DNA of 64,000 bases from Bacteroidota bacterium (GTDB lineage: Bacteria; Bacteroidota; Bacteroidia; Cytophagales; UBA9547): assembly GCA_033763735.1 (NCBI GenBank), contig JANRJY010000025.1:9917-73916 (forward strand), read 5' to 3'. The translations under genes and the position numbers were made by a program. Below, one piece after another: positions 27,340-36,317 of the stretch (the stretch's first letter is position 1; the number at the start of each line of letters is the position of its first letter). The notes beneath the pieces are model-generated. The model saw only the letters and a list, made by a program, of their open reading frames with translations. It searched no databases and had not been told where the DNA came from.

Positions 27340-27465
27340 TACATTTGCGGTTCGTTAATTTTGTCTTCAGACATTTCCTTTTCGTTTCCCTCTCCTTTCA
27401 GATTGTGACGTGCACGAAATAAAATGCCTCAAGGCACTTGTCACACAATTTAAACATTCATTTCA
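27340..27465 (+). promoter_or_regulatory. Candidate -7 promoter box plus long structured 5' leader of the DEAD-box helicase gene
   Basis: TACATTTG at 27340-27347 fits TAnnTTTG. A CU-rich tract spans 27374-27399. An imperfect stem pairs GTGACGTGC (27405-27413) with GCACttGTCAC (27434-27444). The ATG is at 27466. Confidence 0.4.
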
Positions 27466-29187
27466 ATGACAGAAAACCTTATGTTTTCGGATTTTGCTAT
27501 ATCCGAAGAAATCAAGATGGCCCTTACCGATATGGGCTTTGTAGCACCTTCGCCTATTCAATCACAAGCGATTCCTTTATTACTCGAAGGAAGAGACATT
27601 ATTGGCCAAGCACAAACCGGAACCGGCAAAACTGCTGCTTTTGGTATACCAATGATTCAAGCAATTGACCCTGCTAAAAGAAAAATTCAATCTATTGTGC
27701 TTTGTCCTACACGTGAACTTGCAGTTCAAGTAGCAGAAGAAATTAAAAAGATGACAAAATATCTAAGGGGTATTAAAGTGCTTCCTATATATGGTGGGGC
27801 ATCTATCGACCGCCAAATACAAGACCTTCGCAATGGGGTTCAAATTGTGGTAGGTACACCCGGAAGAGTAATAGATCATTTAAACAGAGGGACTTTAGAC
27901 TTAGGTCATGTTTCTATTTTGGTTCTTGATGAAGCCGATGAAATGTTAAACATGGGATTTATAGAAGATATCGAAATGATTCTTACCCATTTACCTGAAG
28001 ATCGTCAAACTGTTTTCTTTTCTGCAACCATGCCAAAACCAATTTTGGATTTAACACGCAGATTTCAGCAAAATCCTGAATTGATTAAAGTTGCAAATAA
28101 GGAACTTACGGTAACTAATATTGAACAATTATACTTTGAAGTTAAGCAATCGCTTAAAACGGAGGCTATGTGCCGATTGATAGATATGCATGGGCTTAAA
28201 ATGATGCTTGTTTTTTGCAATACCAAACGTGGGGTTGATGCTTTAGTGGAAGAACTTCAATTGAGAAATATTTCAGCCGAAGGATTGCATGGCGACTTAC
28301 GACAAACGCAAAGAAGCAATGTGTTGGCCAAATTCAAAGCAGGTGTTGTTTCGGTTTTAGTTGCTACCGATGTAGCAGCAAGAGGAATAGATGTACAAGG
28401 TGTAGATGCGGTATTTAACTTTGATATGCCTTTGGATCAGGAAAACTATGTTCACAGAATTGGTAGAACAGGTAGAGCCGGTAGGTTAGGCAAATCATTC
28501 ACCTTTATTTCAGGCAGAAAAGATGTGTTGAAATTGAAAGATGTAATGCATTATACCAAAGCCCAGGTTGCGCAAGGTACTATTCCGAGCAATGAAGAAA
28601 TTAAAGAATTCAGAAAAAGACAATTTCTTGACAAACTTTCTGCGACCATGTATACTGATGAAATCAAAGAATTTTTGCCAATAGCTGATGAGATTCTGGA
28701 AAGTAACATCGCACCTAAAAATATTATTGCAGGATTGTTGAAATTACATTTGGGGACATTGACTCCAGAAAAACGTGAAGAAACAAATTTTGCTATGAGT
28801 GCCTCAAGGAGAGACGAAAGCAGTGATGGAGGAGGTAGAGACAGGAACAGAAATTTTCGAGATAGAGATGACAGAGGTAGAGGGGATGAAAGAGATAGAG
28901 GAAGAGATAGGGACAGAGGTCGTGACCGTGAACGCAGTTATGGTGGCGATGCTAACATGGTTAAACTGTTTTTTAATGTTGGTCGCAATCAGAATATAAG
29001 ACCAGGAGATTTTGTTGGTGCTATTGCCGGTGAATGCGGGGTCGATGGAAAGGACATAGGAAATATTGAAATTAAAGATAAGTTCTCTTTTGTTTATGTT
29101 CCTAAAAATCTGGTAAACACCATTATGGATACTATGATTGGTAACAAAATCAAAGGGTACAAAGTAAATTTGGAAATAGCACAGTAA
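27466..29187 (+). CDS. deaD: DEAD-box ATP-dependent RNA helicase (DeaD/CsdA-like) with RD/RG-rich linker and C-terminal DbpA-like RNA-binding domain
   Basis: AQTGTGKT, VLDEADEML, SAT, HRIGRTGRAG, the low-complexity segment GGGRDRNRNFRDRDDRGRGDERDRGRDRDRGRDRE, and a C-terminal small domain. Confidence 0.9.
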   Translation: MTENLMFSDFAISEEIKMALTDMGFVAPSPIQSQAIPLLLEGRDIIGQAQTGTGKTAAFGIPMIQAIDPAKRKIQSIVLCPTRELAVQVAEEIKKMTKYLRGIKVLPIYGGASIDRQIQDLRNGVQIVVGTPGRVIDHLNRGTLDLGHVSILVLDEADEMLNMGFIEDIEMILTHLPEDRQTVFFSATMPKPILDLTRRFQQNPELIKVANKELTVTNIEQLYFEVKQSLKTEAMCRLIDMHGLKMMLVFCNTKRGVDALVEELQLRNISAEGLHGDLRQTQRSNVLAKFKAGVVSVLVATDVAARGIDVQGVDAVFNFDMPLDQENYVHRIGRTGRAGRLGKSFTFISGRKDVLKLKDVMHYTKAQVAQGTIPSNEEIKEFRKRQFLDKLSATMYTDEIKEFLPIADEILESNIAPKNIIAGLLKLHLGTLTPEKREETNFAMSASRRDESSDGGGRDRNRNFRDRDDRGRGDERDRGRDRDRGRDRERSYGGDANMVKLFFNVGRNQNIRPGDFVGAIAGECGVDGKDIGNIEIKDKFSFVYVPKNLVNTIMDTMIGNKIKGYKVNLEIAQ

Positions 29188-29203
29188 ATTATTCTACATT
29201 AAA

Positions 29204-29246
29204 CTCCAACAAAGATGATAAATGTCATTGTTGGAGTTTTTTTTTT
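29204..29246 (+). terminator. Rho-independent terminator after deaD
   Basis: CTCCAACAA (29204-29212) pairs with TTGTTGGAG (29228-29236), followed by a run of ten T. Confidence 0.75.
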
Positions 29247-29272
29247 GCTATTAATTGCTTCTTAAATACACT

Positions 29273-29683
29273 ATGAAGCAAGACATTAATTCAAGAGACG
29301 AATTAAATTTTTTAATAAATAAATTTTCAGAAAAACTTAAAACGGATGCTGTTTTAGCACCATATTTCGAAAAATACACCGGATTAAATTGGGAAGTACA
29401 CGAAAGCAGGATGGTTGACTTTTGGAATTTCATCTTGTTTAATTCAACTGAATTTAATGGAGATGTATTAGGAAAACATTCCAATATTTTTTCAAATATG
29501 CCATTTCTCCTAGCTCATTTTGAACAGTGGATAATGCATTTTAAAGAAACCATTGATGAACATTTTGAAGGAAAAAAATCAAATGAACTCAAAAACTTTG
29601 CGTCTCATATTGCTAATGTGCTTAAAATAAAACTGATAGGTACATCAACAAACAACTTAAAACAAAATTTGGCCTTTGAATAA
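29273..29683 (+). CDS. Truncated hemoglobin, group III-like
   Basis: Layout F..K...D..LAPYF.....W..H..R...FW...LF......G....H.......F..W..HF resembles Ctb-type trHb III. The start is taken at the Met of MKQDINS; the track ORF starts at 29255. Confidence 0.55.
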   Translation: MKQDINSRDELNFLINKFSEKLKTDAVLAPYFEKYTGLNWEVHESRMVDFWNFILFNSTEFNGDVLGKHSNIFSNMPFLLAHFEQWIMHFKETIDEHFEGKKSNELKNFASHIANVLKIKLIGTSTNNLKQNLAFE

Positions 29684-29687
29684 GTGA

Positions 29688-30620
29688 TTAATTGCAAGGT
29701 TTGAGTTGAACAGATACGCAAGTATCTTTCTTTATCACAAAAGTCCCTTGCCAAGCACATTTTTTGTCGGCCGACAGCGCTAGGTAACTATAAGTCCCTG
29801 CCATTTTCTTTTCATTTGAAGTTCCTGTGAGTGCATCCCCACAAGTATAATCACTATTTATTGCAGTTTGAAGCACCGGCATTGATTCAATTTCATTGAG
29901 GGTGATGGAAATTGGGAATAAAGTGGAGGTTTTGGTTCTTGTCCAAAATACAACTGTTCCAAGTTCACATGCTTCTAGTTTAATTGGCAAGAAATCGCCT
30001 GATTTCACTTTAAACTTGCCAGTCCAAGCACAACCCAACGCATTTTTTGCATAGTAGGTATGCGTGCCTTTTTGAATTGTTTTGTATACAATATTAGGGT
30101 CGCTCGCAACTGTCGGAGCTGTATTTCTTGGACTTTGGAGTAATAAAGTATCTTCTATCATTACTACTTGAATCGGAAATACATTATCTGATGCTGACCA
30201 AAATCCTACATTGGCACTTGTAGGTATCAGTTTTACATCAACCGAAATATCAATATTTTTCGGCAAATCATTTATTGCATTGCTATATCCTTCATTTGTA
30301 AAAATAAGTTTTCGTACTTCATCATTATATTGGATATAAAGCCAGTACGATGTATTGCTATTTAAATTTACTACTGCTACTCCATTGGTACTCACAGTGC
30401 TGTCAATCGCATATTTACCGGTAAAATTTCCTGCTGCCAGTTCATAATCGCGTAGTGTAGCCAATAAATAAACTTTTGCATTGGTCAGTTTATTTCCTAC
30501 ATCATCTCTAATATTCAAAGTAATACGAACAGACTTTGTTTTTGGCAAATCCTCATTACGACTGCAGGTACAAGCGTATAAAAAAATGAGCGAGTAGGTT
30601 AGTAACTTGGATAACTTCAT
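29688..30620 (-). CDS. Hypothetical lipoprotein with internally duplicated Cys-containing C-terminal modules
   Basis: MKLSKLLTYSLIFLYACTCS signal beginning at 30620. The track ORF start at 30692 would run through the tsf terminator hairpin. Internal repeats are described in the findings. Confidence 0.55.
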   Translation of the reverse strand: MKLSKLLTYSLIFLYACTCSRNEDLPKTKSVRITLNIRDDVGNKLTNAKVYLLATLRDYELAAGNFTGKYAIDSTVSTNGVAVVNLNSNTSYWLYIQYNDEVRKLIFTNEGYSNAINDLPKNIDISVDVKLIPTSANVGFWSASDNVFPIQVVMIEDTLLLQSPRNTAPTVASDPNIVYKTIQKGTHTYYAKNALGCAWTGKFKVKSGDFLPIKLEACELGTVVFWTRTKTSTLFPISITLNEIESMPVLQTAINSDYTCGDALTGTSNEKKMAGTYSYLALSADKKCAWQGTFVIKKDTCVSVQLKPCN

Positions 30621-30687
30621 CAAAAGTAATTGTGTAAAATTAATACGAAAAAATCGCTCGAGGTAACTTTTATTGTAAAAATAATTT

Positions 30688-30720
30688 GGCAAATAGTTTC
30701 TTTATCGAAACCTATTTGCC
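30688..30720 (-). terminator. Putative terminator hairpin after tsf
   Basis: GGCAAATAGTTTC...GAAACcTATTTGCC inverted repeat with a 1-nt bulge, 13 nt 3' of the tsf stop. AT-rich and T-rich sequence follows on the minus strand. Confidence 0.5.
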
Positions 30721-30733
30721 AAATGTTTAAATA

Positions 30734-31564
30734 TTAACCAATTTGAACTCTTTTGAATTTGCTAACTGTGAGTCCTTTTGACACACTATCAAGTAATTGA
30801 GCAATTGTTTTTGAAGTATCTTTTACAAAATCCTGATTTAGTAAAGTACTGTCTTTGTAAAATTTGTTCAATTTACCCAAAGCAATTTTTTCAAGCATGG
30901 CTTCCGGTTTTCCTTCAGCACGTGCTTGTTCTTTACCAATTTCAATTTCACGTTCTATCGTACTTGGGTCAACATCATCTTTATCAACGGCCACAGGTTT
31001 CATTGCTGCAATTTGCATTGCAACATCCTTGCCAACTTCAGTTACATCTTTGCCGTTTACATTTTTAAATGCTACCAATACTCCTACTTTGTTATTTGAG
31101 TGAATATAAGGTACTATTTTTTCGGCTTCATAATTCTCAAATGAGCTTACTTCAAGTTTCTCTCCAATTTTACCCATCAAATCAATAAGCAAATCACTTA
31201 CTTTTTTACCGGAAATGGTCATTTCTAATAATGCAGCAGCATTGGAAATGTTGTTTTTAAGAGCTTCAGAGGCAATATTCTTGCCTAGTGAGACAAACTC
31301 TTCATTTTTGGCAACAAAATCAGTTTCGCAACTTATTGAGAAAATGATTCCTTTTGTATTATCAGAGTTGGTTGTTACGAATACTGCTCCTTCATTAGCT
31401 TCTTTGTCAGCCCTGGAAGCTGATACTTTTTGACCCTTTTTGCGCAAGAAATCAATGGCTGCTTCAAAATCACCATTCGATTCAGTAAGAGCTTTTTTGC
31501 AATCCATCATACCGGCACCGGTCATTTGTCTTAATTTATTTACATCTGTAGCGGAAATAGACAT
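30734..31564 (-). CDS. tsf: Translation elongation factor Ts
   Basis: ISATDVNKLRQMTGAGMMDCKKALTESNGDFEAAIDFLRKKG (UBA-like N-terminus) followed by the EF-Ts core. Confidence 0.95.
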   Translation of the reverse strand: MSISATDVNKLRQMTGAGMMDCKKALTESNGDFEAAIDFLRKKGQKVSASRADKEANEGAVFVTTNSDNTKGIIFSISCETDFVAKNEEFVSLGKNIASEALKNNISNAAALLEMTISGKKVSDLLIDLMGKIGEKLEVSSFENYEAEKIVPYIHSNNKVGVLVAFKNVNGKDVTEVGKDVAMQIAAMKPVAVDKDDVDPSTIEREIEIGKEQARAEGKPEAMLEKIALGKLNKFYKDSTLLNQDFVKDTSKTIAQLLDSVSKGLTVSKFKRVQIG

Positions 31565-31685
31565 ATTTGTATGTTATTAGGTTTTTGTTAAAATCGGTTG
31601 CAAAGCTATGTTTTTTTATTTTATTACCATCCGGTGTTAAATAAATTTAATTTTTGGTTATTTTGGCAGCCATTTTTGAATAAAT

Positions 31686-32303
31686 ATGAGCAAAAAGGTA
31701 AATCAAAAAAGCACCCCAATACCGCCTAAAAAGGTTGTTGCTCCTCAAATAATTAAAGAAACCAAAAACGCTTTTTTTCAAATGTCATTTTTTAAAAACT
31801 TTATTCAATTGCTTGTGATATTGGCAGTTATACTTATTTGTATGAAAGGAAATGAAGGGTATTCGTGGGTCTGGAGTGATTTGATTAATGAAAATTTGAA
31901 ATTTATCAGTAAAAACAAACAATTGAACACTGCCCAAAAGTATCAAGCAAAGTTTGGTGTCGATGCAGCGGCCCTCGATTATATTAAACTTAAAACCCCA
32001 GATACTGCTATAATACTTTTCCCATACTACAACACTATCATTAGTGATAGTTCCGGATATCAATTTATTAAAGGGCTAGGTGGAATTAAAATAAGAGTAT
32101 GGTCAACATATTTTTTGTATCCACGCAAACTTGTGTACATGGATGAATTTGAAAAAAATAGGTATAAAAACAAGATCACACATGTAGTTTGCATGGGCAA
32201 TTGGGGTTATAATTATTTGGATTATCCGGTAGAAAGCAGAAAAATGTTTGATGTTTTGCCTTTGCATTCCAACAAATCGCAATTGAATTTAATGGGTAAT
32301 TAA
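31686..32303 (+). CDS. Hypothetical single-pass membrane protein; first gene of the glycan locus
   Basis: One TM helix (FIQLLVILAVILICM) after a Lys/Pro-rich N-terminus, then a ~150-aa extracytoplasmic domain. The stop lies 1 nt before the next ATG. Confidence 0.5.
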   Translation: MSKKVNQKSTPIPPKKVVAPQIIKETKNAFFQMSFFKNFIQLLVILAVILICMKGNEGYSWVWSDLINENLKFISKNKQLNTAQKYQAKFGVDAAALDYIKLKTPDTAIILFPYYNTIISDSSGYQFIKGLGGIKIRVWSTYFLYPRKLVYMDEFEKNRYKNKITHVVCMGNWGYNYLDYPVESRKMFDVLPLHSNKSQLNLMGN

Positions 32304-32304
32304 G

Positions 32305-33666
32305 ATGGGGATATTTGCATTTATATTATTTTTTATTTTAGGATTTGCGTTGGTTAACCGATTTGCCAATACACTTTCAATTATCGAAAAAATTGGTTTT
32401 TCTTTTCCTATTGGATTGGGGTTGGTTACTGTACTTATGTTTTTGTTGGATATCAGCAAAGTTGGAATTACAATAGCTCCTATATTATTAGGAGTAATAA
32501 TTTTAATAATATTATTTGGGTATCCACTTTTTAAAACTACACGGCTATATTGGATTGATTCTTTCAAATTACTTAACATTAAATACTCCTTTGGATGGTT
32601 TTTCTTAATTGGATTTATAATTTACTTACTTTATGGTATAACTTCTAAAGGACTTTATTGGCCTCCTGCAGAACACGATTCGTTGACAGGATACGACTTA
32701 CAAGCCAAAATGATAGCAAATGAAGGTACATTTGTAACAAGTCAATTTGATTATCCTTACAACAGCACCTATGACTTAGCAAGGTTTATTTACCCTCCTT
32801 TATCATCTGCTGGATTTGCATTAGCTTATATATTTGGATTTGACAATAGTAAAATAACAGTTATCTTATTGTTTTACAGCCTTTTAATCTCATTTTATGG
32901 ATTAATCCGTAAGTCAATTAATGATACTTGGGCGCTGTTATTCACTTTTTTTATGATGATAACACCTGAAATGTTTTCGCATGCCTCTCTTTCACTAACA
33001 AATCTCCCAAACACAGTATATACTTCTATTTCAGTTATTTGCTTGTATTATTGGCTTATTTCCAATGATAAGTCCTATTTTATTATTTCATTAAGTTGTA
33101 TGTTTTTGAGTAATTGGAGTCGAAGTGATAGCATAGTTTTTGTAATAGCTACCCTTGCAGTTATTCTATTTTTTAACTTAAAAAATATTCAATGGAAGAA
33201 TATAATAATTTATGGAGTAATTTCAATAATTCCATTTATTGTATGGGGATTATTTATAAAGATGAATATTGGTGCAAATTCTTCTGACTTTTTTGTCAAA
33301 ACGTTGTTTTGGGATAGCCAAAAAATGTCTGAAATATTGTCCAAATGTATGGTAATTGTGCTTGGAAATGGCGTATATTATGGAATCACCTTTTTTGTAT
33401 TTGTGGCAATTGCCGGATTGAATGTGGTTGATATATTTCAAACAAGAAATCCGGTAGCAATGTTTATATTTATTGCTTGGATGGGTTATACACTTTTATA
33501 TTATCAAATAGATTATAATTTTGCAGGTAGTATTGATGCATATATTAATGCTTCGTATAAAAGAGGGATGTTTAACTTTGTACCATTATGCTGGTTCTTT
33601 ATTGGAACAAGTCCATTTTCAATAAAATGGCTGGGAAAAGCAGATATGTTTTTTAACAAAAACTAA
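32305..33666 (+). CDS. Polytopic membrane protein, possible GT-C / ArnT-PMT_2-like glycosyltransferase
   Basis: 453 aa with at least 10 hydrophobic helices by eye. The loop segment PPAEHDSLTGYDLQAKMIANEG resembles the D-E/S...A..M..G motif of PMT_2-type enzymes. Weak assignment. Confidence 0.4.
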   Translation: MGIFAFILFFILGFALVNRFANTLSIIEKIGFSFPIGLGLVTVLMFLLDISKVGITIAPILLGVIILIILFGYPLFKTTRLYWIDSFKLLNIKYSFGWFFLIGFIIYLLYGITSKGLYWPPAEHDSLTGYDLQAKMIANEGTFVTSQFDYPYNSTYDLARFIYPPLSSAGFALAYIFGFDNSKITVILLFYSLLISFYGLIRKSINDTWALLFTFFMMITPEMFSHASLSLTNLPNTVYTSISVICLYYWLISNDKSYFIISLSCMFLSNWSRSDSIVFVIATLAVILFFNLKNIQWKNIIIYGVISIIPFIVWGLFIKMNIGANSSDFFVKTLFWDSQKMSEILSKCMVIVLGNGVYYGITFFVFVAIAGLNVVDIFQTRNPVAMFIFIAWMGYTLLYYQIDYNFAGSIDAYINASYKRGMFNFVPLCWFFIGTSPFSIKWLGKADMFFNKN

Positions 33667-33670
33667 TAAC

Positions 33671-34210
33671 GTGGGGAACAGAAAAGTAATATTGTATATT
33701 TCGATGAGTTTAGACGGGTTTATTGCCCGTCAGAATGATGATATTGAATGGCTTTCATTGGTTGAAAAGAAAGGAGAGGATTATGGTTATAATGAATTCT
33801 ATAATACAATTGACACAGTAATCATGGGTCGTAGAACTTATGAAAAAGTGCTATCATTTGGAATAGATTTCCCGCATAGAAACAAAAAATGCTTTGTTTT
33901 TTCTTCTGCCAAAACTTTTATAGACCCATACGTAACATTTGTTGATCAATCTCCTGAAATTTGGCTTAAGAAGTATAAAACAACTGAAGGTGGCGATATT
34001 TACTGCGATGGTGGTGCTACATTGGTACACACTTTGCTGAAATATGGATTAATTGACGAAATGGTTATCTCAATAATACCAATTTTATTAGGCGAAGGCA
34101 AAAGATTGTTTTCCAGACATTTACCTGAAAATTCTGTAAAACTTATTAATTCTAATACCTTTGATACAGGTTTAGTACAGTTGACATATAAAATATTGAT
34201 TAAAAAATAA
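33671..34210 (+). CDS. Dihydrofolate-reductase-like (RibD C-terminal domain) NADPH-dependent reductase family protein
   Basis: A GTG start gives MGNRKVILYISMSLDGFIARQNDDIEW...VIMGRRTYE...YCDGGATLVHTLL, the typical RibD_C/DHFR-like layout. Confidence 0.7.
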   Translation: MGNRKVILYISMSLDGFIARQNDDIEWLSLVEKKGEDYGYNEFYNTIDTVIMGRRTYEKVLSFGIDFPHRNKKCFVFSSAKTFIDPYVTFVDQSPEIWLKKYKTTEGGDIYCDGGATLVHTLLKYGLIDEMVISIIPILLGEGKRLFSRHLPENSVKLINSNTFDTGLVQLTYKILIKK

Positions 34211-34290
34211 TATTTTTATTTCAAAACAAAACATCTGTAAATAAATGAATCACAATGAAAAATGTAGTTTATTTTCTAATTTTTTAAAAT

Positions 34291-36315
34291 ATGAAAAATT
34301 CTAAAAATAAATCTTTAGAAAATAATACATCTTCCAATCTTGCCTCTTTACAACAAAGAGCCAATAATGATTTTTTTAGTTTTAATTTCGGCAATAAAGA
34401 AAAGTGGTTTATAGGAATTTCACTTTTACTATACTTTTCATTCATATTATTGAAATGGAATGGTTCATCAATTTCAGTATGGAATCAAATATTTGGAACC
34501 ATTCAAAACACTAAAAAAAGTGTAATTTTTGGAGAAGCAGTACCCATCAGACAAGATGAATGGATGGTTTATACACCCATGCTTTTAAACCAATACGAAA
34601 ATGGAATGAATGTTATAAATGAAAGTTTAGGAGAAGGTAATATAACATTACCTATTAATGTTCCAGTGAAACATTTTTCTATTTTTTTCAAACCCAACAT
34701 GATATTTTTTTTATTTCTTAATAAAGAACAAGGGTATTCTGCTTTTTGGAATTTCAAAATCTTTGGGATTATTATTTCTGTTTTTTTGTTTTTGAGTTGT
34801 CTAACTAAAAACAATTTTTTACTTTCCGTTTTTGGGGCATTTTGGGTGTATTTGTCTCCTGTTACACAATGGTGGTTTTCTACAAATATTCCGGAAATGA
34901 CTACATCATTTTGCCTTACATTCTTTTTTTTAATTCAGTTTATTAATTCTACGAAAAAATTACACTCTATTCTTTATTCGTTTGGTCTTGTATATTCCAT
35001 GTTTTTCTTTGCAATGCAATTATATCCGCCATATATGTTTCCCTTTGCCCATTTTGGAGTTTTTTTATTGATTGCAATTATTTTTGAAAAGAGAGAGTTA
35101 ATCAAATTGGTTTTTTTGGATAAGATCAAAATGATTAGCTTCATTTTTTTGACTATTATTTCAGGACTATTGTTTGCACTTTTTTTACAAGAAATGAAAA
35201 GTATTGTTGACACAATGTTACAAACGGAATATCCTGGAAAACGAGATTTTACTGGGGTAACCATTATATCTTATTTAGATGCATTTACAGCATACTTTGA
35301 TTTCTTTCATACTAAAACTAAATTTCCAATGTATCCCGGTAGTGGAAGTCAATCAGAAATAGCAGAGGCTTTATGGATATTTCCATTTGCTTTTTTTGGT
35401 GTCGTTTATAATGCCATTAGATATAAGACACACGATTATGTTTTATACGTTTTCCTGATTTATTTCATCTTTATTGTGCTATGGGTTTTTGTTGGTCTAC
35501 CTCCTTTTTTGTACAAAATTTTACTTTTAGATATGACTACCCCTGATCGAGGAAGTCAAATAATAGGAATTTGTGGAATCTTTATAACGATTATTTATAT
35601 ATCTAGAACGAGTAAAAATGCAAATATGAATACCTTTGCATCAATTATTTTTTCTATATTAATTTTTGTCTTTGTTGCATTTATTGGATATAAATCAAAT
35701 GAAGTTTTAAATAATTTTTTTACAAGTACTCAAATTTTAGTTGCTGCATTCTTAATCTCGTTATCAGGCTTTTGCATGTTTAATTTTAATAATATGTTTT
35801 TAAGATTTGGTTTTGTAGGTATTATTTTATTTATATCTTTCAAAAATATTGCCATAAATCCGATACAAGTTGGACTTTCTCCTATTACCAAAAATCCATT
35901 ATATGATAATGTAAAATCAATTTACCGTTTAAATCCTGATAAAGGTTGGATTGTTATGGGTAGTTCTATGGTAGCAAATTTCATAAGATGCACAGGAGCT
36001 AAAGTAATTAACGGTGTCAATTATATTCCTAATTACAAATATACGTCTGTATTGGACCCTGAAAATAAAAACAAAAAAGTTTACAACAGATATGCCCACA
36101 TTACATGTTATCCGTTTATTAATAATACAGATACCATTGCATTTACGCTTAATAATGCTGATGCATACTCAATGGGTATCGACCCTTCTTCTGAAAAACT
36201 CAAAAAAATAGGAGTGAAATATGTTGTTTTTACTTACGATCCCCAACCTATTGAGGTTAGAAATCTAGAACAAATCTCAAAAGATGGCATATCAATTTAT
36301 CAATTTAAAGACTAA
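34291..36315 (+). CDS. Large polytopic membrane protein with C-terminal soluble domain; uncharacterised GT-C-like family (paralog of 41730..43736)
   Basis: 674 aa. TM1 is followed by the loop KSVIFGEAVPIRQDEWMVYTP, many further TM helices, and a ~130-aa C-terminal domain (TGAKVINGVNY...NRYAHITCYPFINNTD...FTYDPQPIEVR). Confidence 0.5.
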   Translation: MKNSKNKSLENNTSSNLASLQQRANNDFFSFNFGNKEKWFIGISLLLYFSFILLKWNGSSISVWNQIFGTIQNTKKSVIFGEAVPIRQDEWMVYTPMLLNQYENGMNVINESLGEGNITLPINVPVKHFSIFFKPNMIFFLFLNKEQGYSAFWNFKIFGIIISVFLFLSCLTKNNFLLSVFGAFWVYLSPVTQWWFSTNIPEMTTSFCLTFFFLIQFINSTKKLHSILYSFGLVYSMFFFAMQLYPPYMFPFAHFGVFLLIAIIFEKRELIKLVFLDKIKMISFIFLTIISGLLFALFLQEMKSIVDTMLQTEYPGKRDFTGVTIISYLDAFTAYFDFFHTKTKFPMYPGSGSQSEIAEALWIFPFAFFGVVYNAIRYKTHDYVLYVFLIYFIFIVLWVFVGLPPFLYKILLLDMTTPDRGSQIIGICGIFITIIYISRTSKNANMNTFASIIFSILIFVFVAFIGYKSNEVLNNFFTSTQILVAAFLISLSGFCMFNFNNMFLRFGFVGIILFISFKNIAINPIQVGLSPITKNPLYDNVKSIYRLNPDKGWIVMGSSMVANFIRCTGAKVINGVNYIPNYKYTSVLDPENKNKKVYNRYAHITCYPFINNTDTIAFTLNNADAYSMGIDPSSEKLKKIGVKYVVFTYDPQPIEVRNLEQISKDGISIYQFKD

Positions 36316-36317
36316 AA

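Noticed and set aside
28799-28999. 66-aa alternate-frame ORF over the RD/RG-rich region of deaD
   Set aside because: It is an artefact of the GA-rich low-complexity repeat (GAxAGA codons read in another frame). The helicase frame is continuous and conserved through this region.
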